Below are positions 59,901 through 64,000 of a DNA stretch of 64,000 nt, in pieces. How positions within the stretch are numbered: position 1 is the first letter of the stretch; every line of letters begins with the position of its first letter. A program made the position numbers and the translations under genes. The stretch is taken from assembly GCA_045106455.1 (NCBI GenBank), contig JBGCEL010000009.1, forward strand, positions 70,790 through 134,789, written 5' to 3'. Under the pieces are notes generated by a model. It saw only the letters and a list, made by a program, of their open reading frames with translations, made no database searches and was not told where the DNA came from. This DNA is from Gammaproteobacteria bacterium. Its GTDB lineage: Bacteria; Pseudomonadota; Gammaproteobacteria; Steroidobacterales; JBCCMA01.

Positions 59901-60410
59901 GCCCGACCACGAAAGAGCCGCCGTCAGCTCAGTTAGAGGCAGGTCAGGGAGCGGAGTCCATTGTGCGTCGTTAACCTGCAGGCGATGCACGGTGAGTGCT
60001 AGTGGTGCAGCAAGCGTTTTGACTTCGAGCGGCTTTGCGGCGGTTGGCGGCGCGCTTGGATTAGGTGTGGCGCGTACGCCTGTCACCACCAGTTCGTCTA
60101 GCACGACGTTGCCGCCGGCCAGCGCGCCCAGGCGAGCGCGCAGGCGAAGACGCTCTATATTCACCGTGAGGCTATCGTTCGCAAACTGCAGATCGTTAAT
60201 CGTCAGTTCGTCACCGACGGTGCCGTCAATCTCGCCAACGCTTAAGCCCTGCACGTAGCTGCTCATTGTTTGCAGCGCGTAGCGCGTTGCCGTGCTGTTG
60301 TTCAGCGCGATGAACACGCACACCAACGGCAGCAAAATTATGAGCGCAACGGCAACGAAAAAATGGCGCCGCCAGCGGCGCGGCTTTTTCACGGTGGCTG
60401 GCGTGCTCAC
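56970..60410 (-). CDS. tamB: Translocation and assembly module subunit TamB (DUF490)
   Basis: 1146 aa with an N-terminal signal-anchor (FFVAVALIILLPLVCVFIAL) and a long beta-rich body. The DUF490-type C-terminus reads ...LRYRLSRRLALEAGSS.... It overlaps tamA by 4 nt. Confidence 0.85.
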   Translation of the reverse strand: MSTPATVKKPRRWRRHFFVAVALIILLPLVCVFIALNNSTATRYALQTMSSYVQGLSVGEIDGTVGDELTINDLQFANDSLTVNIERLRLRARLGALAGGNVVLDELVVTGVRATPNPSAPPTAAKPLEVKTLAAPLALTVHRLQVNDAQWTPLPDLPLTELTAALSWSGTSITISHLAAATNGGTLTGDAQIDTHGDVRVSSLLSWAYPEQSLTGTLSAQGSLKSLALSHELTGPYQIDSSGSIKLLGRIEPAIELRHTCVEPCVIETMDIRQGSLSHTGTPSDSKITLNARLAADPLQSTEVTGRLHFVDGALAIDSLAASGAQLRASLGGRIAPGNAPLFELDVAVAHLDAALLNAQVTGSMQTDLTVVGDSAQSFDVTIKNLAGNINGYELTGGGQVQRAGDQLVIDDASVALGDNLLALNGTANVQALDLNATVTLPSLEQLDPRVSGSIAAVATIRGHPQSPVITANGEAGTVSFAGQTLAAADFNLDIDKSRAVSGSATLRDMKRDTLELGTLALQLGGTLDVVELSAELDNPALDATVVATIAPTSTQTVVRIQNAVVNAEDLGTWSVAQPVEIRATPGSLTIDPHRWQSDDAFAQVHELQQIDGDLSARIDLADLPLGLAAGFLPPDVSIAGSVGAQIDAKQRSGVWRGRVNWTQNNTVLKLRSADGSRRLSLPVVALQVEQASDAATANLQIEGDFGLNVQANLTALRPDQLGASPIEGQLRADMKDVSWLTPWLSGVSNLAGTLKAMLDLDGSAADPKIAGNVEFENGALTYTAAGLQLEQMQLAARTTDSGELALKGAANSGGGALQFEGTVEQPWAPQRVLSLDVNGEDVQAFNAADYQLWLSPALTLNASAKGVNLSGDVRVPRADIRVRELPPDVVRPSDDIVVTGRTVTDKFALPFDGDIRVTLGDDVHVFALGLDADVGGDLRVRLNADQPPRLDGRIFLAEGRYAAYGQKLQIERGNLIYAGPIDNPTLDLRAARTINEAGAELTAGVMVAGPAAAPEISIFTDPTTSQTDALSYLLLGRAAGDTSGAEGEALSQAALAIGMSQSSPLTTRLASGLGLDELSVGGDDVDTAELVAGKQLNDRLYIRYSYGVFSNLGAILLRYRLSRRLALEAGSSDIQSIDVLYTIEK

Positions 60411-62155
60411 AGATCGCTGCCGATGGAAAAATGCAGGCGCACGGTGCGCTCATTATCAAGAGGCGCGGCGAGGTCGAGGCGCAGTGGGCCCACCGGCGTG
60501 AGTCGACGAACACCAATGCCCACGCCGGTGTTGAAGCGGCGATCGCCGCGATCAAACGCGCTGCCGCTGTCGACGAACGCGGCCACCGCCCAACGCTCGT
60601 TGAGCTGATAATCCAATTCCAGACTTGCGACGGCGAGCATGCCGCCGCCCACCACCGTGGCCTCGTCATCGGTGGGGCCAATGGTTTCAAAGCCGTAGCC
60701 GCGCACGCTGTTGTCGCCGCCGGCAAAAAAGCGCAGCGATGGCGGCAGTTCATCGCGCTGCTCTTTGGCGGTCGCGCCAAGCTGCAGGCGCGTGAGCAGG
60801 CGCATGCGATCGTTTAGAGAACGTATATAGCGTGCGCGCGCTTCAACCTGAACAAAACTGGTGTCTGATCCGATGGCGTCACTCGTGCCGCGAACGTCCA
60901 CCGACAGTCGCCAGGCATTGCGCGGGCGAGCTCTGGTGGTCACGGTGCCGCGCCAAAAATTGATGGAGGGAATTAGCAGCGTTGAGATGTCGGTCTGATC
61001 GCCTACGACAAAATCTTCACGACGCAGGTCCAGCGCGATGGTGCGCAGCCAGCCGCTGTCCAGCGCGCGCGTGCGGCGCAGTCCCAGCTCGAAAGACGTG
61101 AACTCGCTGGTGTCGGTGTCCTGATCTTCGATGCTGGATGAAAATACCAATACGTCGCGTCGATCGTCGCCCTCAGGAATACGATATTCCACACCGAGCA
61201 GTGATTGCACGGGCGATGCCAGTAGCTGACCGTTGAGGGTATGGCCGCGACGATTGATACGCCGATTGCGATAGTTCAAACGAAAGCGCGGACCCACGTC
61301 GGTGGCGAAGCCGAGTCCGCCGGAGTACACACGTGTCTTGGCCGCAGCAGCGTCGATCAGTACCGGTATGACGTAGTCTGTGGCGAGCGCCGGGTCGGCA
61401 CTGATGTTCACGTATGAAAAATAGCCGCTCTCAAGAAAATTGCGGTGCGTGGCGGCAATCACATTGGCGTCGAACGCGGTGTTGGGCTGCACAGTCGTCA
61501 TCACCGCAAACAGCTCATCGGTCAGTGCGCTGCTGTCGACCGTCACATCACCAAATATATAGCGGCGACCAGTATCAAATTCGACGTTAAGGTTGGCATG
61601 GCCGAGCGCTTCATCGATGGTGACACTGGCGGCCACGAAACGGGCGTCAAAATAGCCCCGCTGCGTGGCCAAATTCTGCAGCGCTGTTTTGAAGCGCCGA
61701 TATTCGCCGTGGTTGACCGGCGCGTCCTCGGCCGGGGCGCTGCGTTTGATCAGCCGAGCGTAACGAGCGTCTTGTTCGCCCTCGCCCGTAATGTGAACGC
61801 GCACGTCACGATAGAGTGTGGGGGCGCCCGGCTTAATGTCGATGCGTTTGTGCCAGCACGGTTTGTCTTGCGCCTCGTCGACGATGTTAATGGTGGCGCG
61901 ATAGAAACCCAGCGCTTCGAGCGCGGCATGAATTTGGCCGGGTGCATCCGCCACCAGTCGACGCTGCTCCCACGTTGGCGCATCACACTTCGCGCGCGTG
62001 AGCTCCAGAAAAAACTCAACGTTACGTTTTTGCTCAGCAGTGAGCCCGCTGATCGTGACGGTGGCATACGCCGGCAGGCAGCCGACGCACAGCAGTAGCG
62101 CCGTCGCAATACGCACCGCTGTGGTGGGTCTAGCGATGTTCGTGGAGACCCTCAT
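60407..62155 (-). CDS. tamA: Translocation and assembly module outer-membrane subunit TamA (Omp85 family)
   Basis: POTRA repeats plus a surface-antigen barrel. The start is uncertain. ATG 62155 overlaps the upstream gene by 26 nt. ATG 62209 is the ORF-track start. GTG 62116 would give the signal peptide VRIATALLLCVGCLPAYA. Confidence 0.85.
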   Translation of the reverse strand: MRVSTNIARPTTAVRIATALLLCVGCLPAYATVTISGLTAEQKRNVEFFLELTRAKCDAPTWEQRRLVADAPGQIHAALEALGFYRATINIVDEAQDKPCWHKRIDIKPGAPTLYRDVRVHITGEGEQDARYARLIKRSAPAEDAPVNHGEYRRFKTALQNLATQRGYFDARFVAASVTIDEALGHANLNVEFDTGRRYIFGDVTVDSSALTDELFAVMTTVQPNTAFDANVIAATHRNFLESGYFSYVNISADPALATDYVIPVLIDAAAAKTRVYSGGLGFATDVGPRFRLNYRNRRINRRGHTLNGQLLASPVQSLLGVEYRIPEGDDRRDVLVFSSSIEDQDTDTSEFTSFELGLRRTRALDSGWLRTIALDLRREDFVVGDQTDISTLLIPSINFWRGTVTTRARPRNAWRLSVDVRGTSDAIGSDTSFVQVEARARYIRSLNDRMRLLTRLQLGATAKEQRDELPPSLRFFAGGDNSVRGYGFETIGPTDDEATVVGGGMLAVASLELDYQLNERWAVAAFVDSGSAFDRGDRRFNTGVGIGVRRLTPVGPLRLDLAAPLDNERTVRLHFSIGSDL

Positions 62156-63296
62156 GGGCCTCGTTGCTGCGGCCGCTAAACACATTATCAATGATATTGC
62201 CGTTGCCAAGTCCGCGGCTTTGTACGGCGGTGCTGTCGCTGCACAAAAACTGGTTGTCGCGCAGCGTCACATCGGTTGCTTTGCGCCAGTCGAGCTGCAG
62301 GCACATGGGATGGTTGCGCACCTGATTGTTCAAAATTATCAGGTTGCCCGGTGCGCCTACCTGTTTGTGTGGCGTGGAGACGATGCCGGCAATGGATGAA
62401 TCAGAAATCGTATTGTGCGCGACCACCGCATCGGCAATTACTTGAATAGCCTCGCCACAACGCTGCACCACGTTGTGCAGCACGAGGTTGGGTTGCTCCC
62501 CACCGCCGTACACCAGTATGCAAGGGTAGGCGCGACCGTCCTGTGTGTCGTGAATGCGATTGTATTGGATGAGATTGCCACCGCTGCCAGGTTTGATTTC
62601 GATACCATCGTTGCCGCCGTCGCTGGTCGCGCGCAGGTCGTGGATGTGATTGTGTTCGAAGACGCTGTCGGTCACTTTGCAGGTGGCGTTGTTGCAGCCA
62701 ACATAAATGCCCTCGCCGGTAGTGGGAGCGTCGGTGGCCCGGCCGGTGTGGTGAATATGATTGTGGCGCAGGATCAGGCGCGTAGCGTCGCCACTATTGA
62801 TGGTGATCGCGGCGCTGTCTGTGGCGCTGATTTCGTTGTGTTCAAACACAATGTCGTGGCCGCCAACAAAGCGCACACCGAGGCTGCCTCCGTAAAAACG
62901 CAGGCCGCGAATCATGACAAATGCACTGTCGACAATTTCCAGATTGTTTTGCGTGTGGCGATTGTTTTCCGGTCGCGTGAGTGTAGGGGTAGCGCCGGGC
63001 GCGGCGCGAATCACGATGGGCTGTTCAGGCGTGCCGCGTACCGAAATCTGTCGCGCACAGGACTGCGAGTAGGTGCCGTCGTGAACAATCAGCTCGTCAC
63101 CGGGCTTCAGTGCATTGGCAAAGCGTTCAAAAGGCTCATCACAATCGCCGTTGGCGTTGTATGGGTAGACGTGAAACGTCTCGGCGACGGCTGTCGCGCT
63201 CATCCACAGTGCACACCCGAAGAGGAAAACCGGAGTTACCAAACGTGACCAAAATAGCCCGCGATGTGTGTTCACCCTAACCCCATTTAATCGCAT
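62130..63296 (-). CDS. Secreted right-handed parallel beta-helix repeat protein (polysaccharide lyase/CASH-like fold)
   Basis: I chose the start at 63296, which gives the signal MRLNGVRVNTHRGLFWSRLVTPVFLFGCALWMSATAVA. Repeated hNhI/hhhN turns are present (FEHNEIS, LRHNHIHH, FEHNHIHD, IQYNRIHD, VLHNVV, VAHNTIS, ILNNQV). Confidence 0.7.
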   Translation of the reverse strand: MRLNGVRVNTHRGLFWSRLVTPVFLFGCALWMSATAVAETFHVYPYNANGDCDEPFERFANALKPGDELIVHDGTYSQSCARQISVRGTPEQPIVIRAAPGATPTLTRPENNRHTQNNLEIVDSAFVMIRGLRFYGGSLGVRFVGGHDIVFEHNEISATDSAAITINSGDATRLILRHNHIHHTGRATDAPTTGEGIYVGCNNATCKVTDSVFEHNHIHDLRATSDGGNDGIEIKPGSGGNLIQYNRIHDTQDGRAYPCILVYGGGEQPNLVLHNVVQRCGEAIQVIADAVVAHNTISDSSIAGIVSTPHKQVGAPGNLIILNNQVRNHPMCLQLDWRKATDVTLRDNQFLCSDSTAVQSRGLGNGNIIDNVFSGRSNEAHEGLHEHR

Positions 63297-63463
63297 CGAA
63301 AGCGCTCCCGGATTCAGACAAAAAGGTTTTTGTAACAAAGGTGTAACGTTCGAAAAAATGATGTTCTAACATTGGCTTTTCCGTATTGCCAAGGGTGTAT
63401 CAGACGGGTATTTTCTACTGCCACACGACGTGGCGAATACTATTTCAGGTACAGGAATTTTTG

Positions 63464-63709
63464 ATGAATATTTATGTAGGAAATCTATCCTTCAATCTAA
63501 CCGAAGACGAGCTGCGCGACGCTTTCGCGGCTCACGGCGACGTTTCATCGGCCAAGATTATCAGCGATCGCGACACGGGTCGCTCGAAAGGCTTTGGCTT
63601 TGTGGAAATGCCGAACGACAGCGAAGCAAATGCAGCCATTGAAGATATCAATGGTAAAGACCTCAGCGGCCGTCCGGTTCGCGTTAACGAGGCTCGTCCT
63701 CGTCAGTAA
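63464..63709 (+). CDS. RRM-type RNA-binding protein
   Basis: 81 aa starting at ATG 63464. It has RNP2 (IYVGNL) and RNP1 (KGFGFVEM) motifs. The ORF-track start at 63386 is an upstream extension. Confidence 0.9.
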   Translation: MNIYVGNLSFNLTEDELRDAFAAHGDVSSAKIISDRDTGRSKGFGFVEMPNDSEANAAIEDINGKDLSGRPVRVNEARPRQ

Positions 63710-63743
63710 GGCCTCAGCGCGCATTTAGCGCTACTTTACAAAC

Positions 63744-63786
63744 TATGACGTGTAACGGGCTCGATTGAAGCGCGTTACACGTCATA
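63744..63786. repeat. Perfect 14-bp inverted repeat (stem-loop) between the RRM gene and the TerC-family gene
   Basis: TATGACGTGTAACG (63744..63757) pairs with CGTTACACGTCATA (63773..63786) around a 15-nt loop. It lies 35 nt after the RRM stop codon and is followed by a weak T-run. Confidence 0.5.
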
Positions 63787-63858
63787 TTGATCGTGATTTC
63801 GGTACCATATCGGCCGCCCACCGCTTTTTGGGGGCTCTGATGAAAAAGGTTCGACGTC

Positions 63859-64000
63859 ATGATGGAATTGTTCACCCTCGATAATCTCTTCACGTTGTTC
63901 ATGCTCACGCTGCTGCAAGCGGTGCTGGGTTTCGACAACCTGCTCTACGTTTCGCTCGAATCCAAGCGGGCACCTGCCGATAAGCAGGCCGCCGTGCGGC
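63859..64000 (+). CDS. TerC-family integral membrane protein (N-terminal fragment; runs off the window end)
   Basis: Not in the ORF track. My translation MMELFTLDNLFTLFMLTLLQAVLGFDNLLYVSLESKRAPADKQAAVR shows the TerC hallmark (E/Q-x-VLGxDNxxxxS). Confidence 0.75.
   Translation, partial: MMELFTLDNLFTLFMLTLLQAVLGFDNLLYVSLESKRAPADKQAAVR

Noticed and set aside
63787-63858. Possible yybP-ykoY (manganese) riboswitch upstream of the TerC-family gene
   Set aside because: The genomic context is suggestive. However, I could not find the conserved cores of the motif. TTGGGGGCTCTGATG only loosely resembles the GGGGAGUAG element. This needs an Infernal scan before any claim.
63714-63938. 74-codon minus-strand ORF covering the RRM/TerC spacer
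   Set aside because: It spans the perfect hairpin and the TerC-family start region. It has no RBS and no recognisable family, so it is more likely non-coding.

Overview
This window is the chromosomal replication-origin neighbourhood of a fairly G+C-rich gammaproteobacterium. The gene order resembles Pseudomonas or Cellvibrionales, but I cannot name the organism from sequence alone.

The core backbone genes are:
- rpmH-rnpA-yidD-yidC on the minus strand, diverging from dnaA-dnaN-recF-gyrB on the plus strand
- mnmE-slyX and mnmG
- glyQ-glyS, a small membrane protein, gmhB and plsC
- glnA, a DUF4124 gene, then ntrB-ntrC
- tamA-tamB

Accessory genes lie between these blocks:
- three consecutive c-di-GMP turnover genes
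- a TetR-controlled RND efflux operon and a nitrilase-family gene
- an alpha/beta-hydrolase-OsmC fusion
- an orphan HMG-CoA synthase
- a more AT-rich block of small membrane or secreted proteins and a PAS kinase with its response regulator
- a TerB-like membrane protein paired with a phospholipase-A2-like lipoprotein
- an M13 peptidase and an AlkA-like glycosylase
- a LuxR-type two-component pair
- an extra Omp85-family barrel
- a PEP-CTERM protein and a secreted beta-helix protein

I found no rRNA, tRNA, CRISPR array, integrase, transposase or obvious pseudogene.

I did not find a clear-cut novel multi-gene system. The most unusual items are:
1. a predicted oriC in the dnaA-dnaN spacer
2. the coupled TerB-like / PLA2-like lipoprotein pair
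3. the orphan HMG-CoA synthase behind a structured AT-rich leader
4. an Omp85-family gene attached to the conserved gmhB-plsC module
5. a beta-helix gene abutting tamAB

All functional calls come from motif and family recognition by eye. None has been checked by database search.
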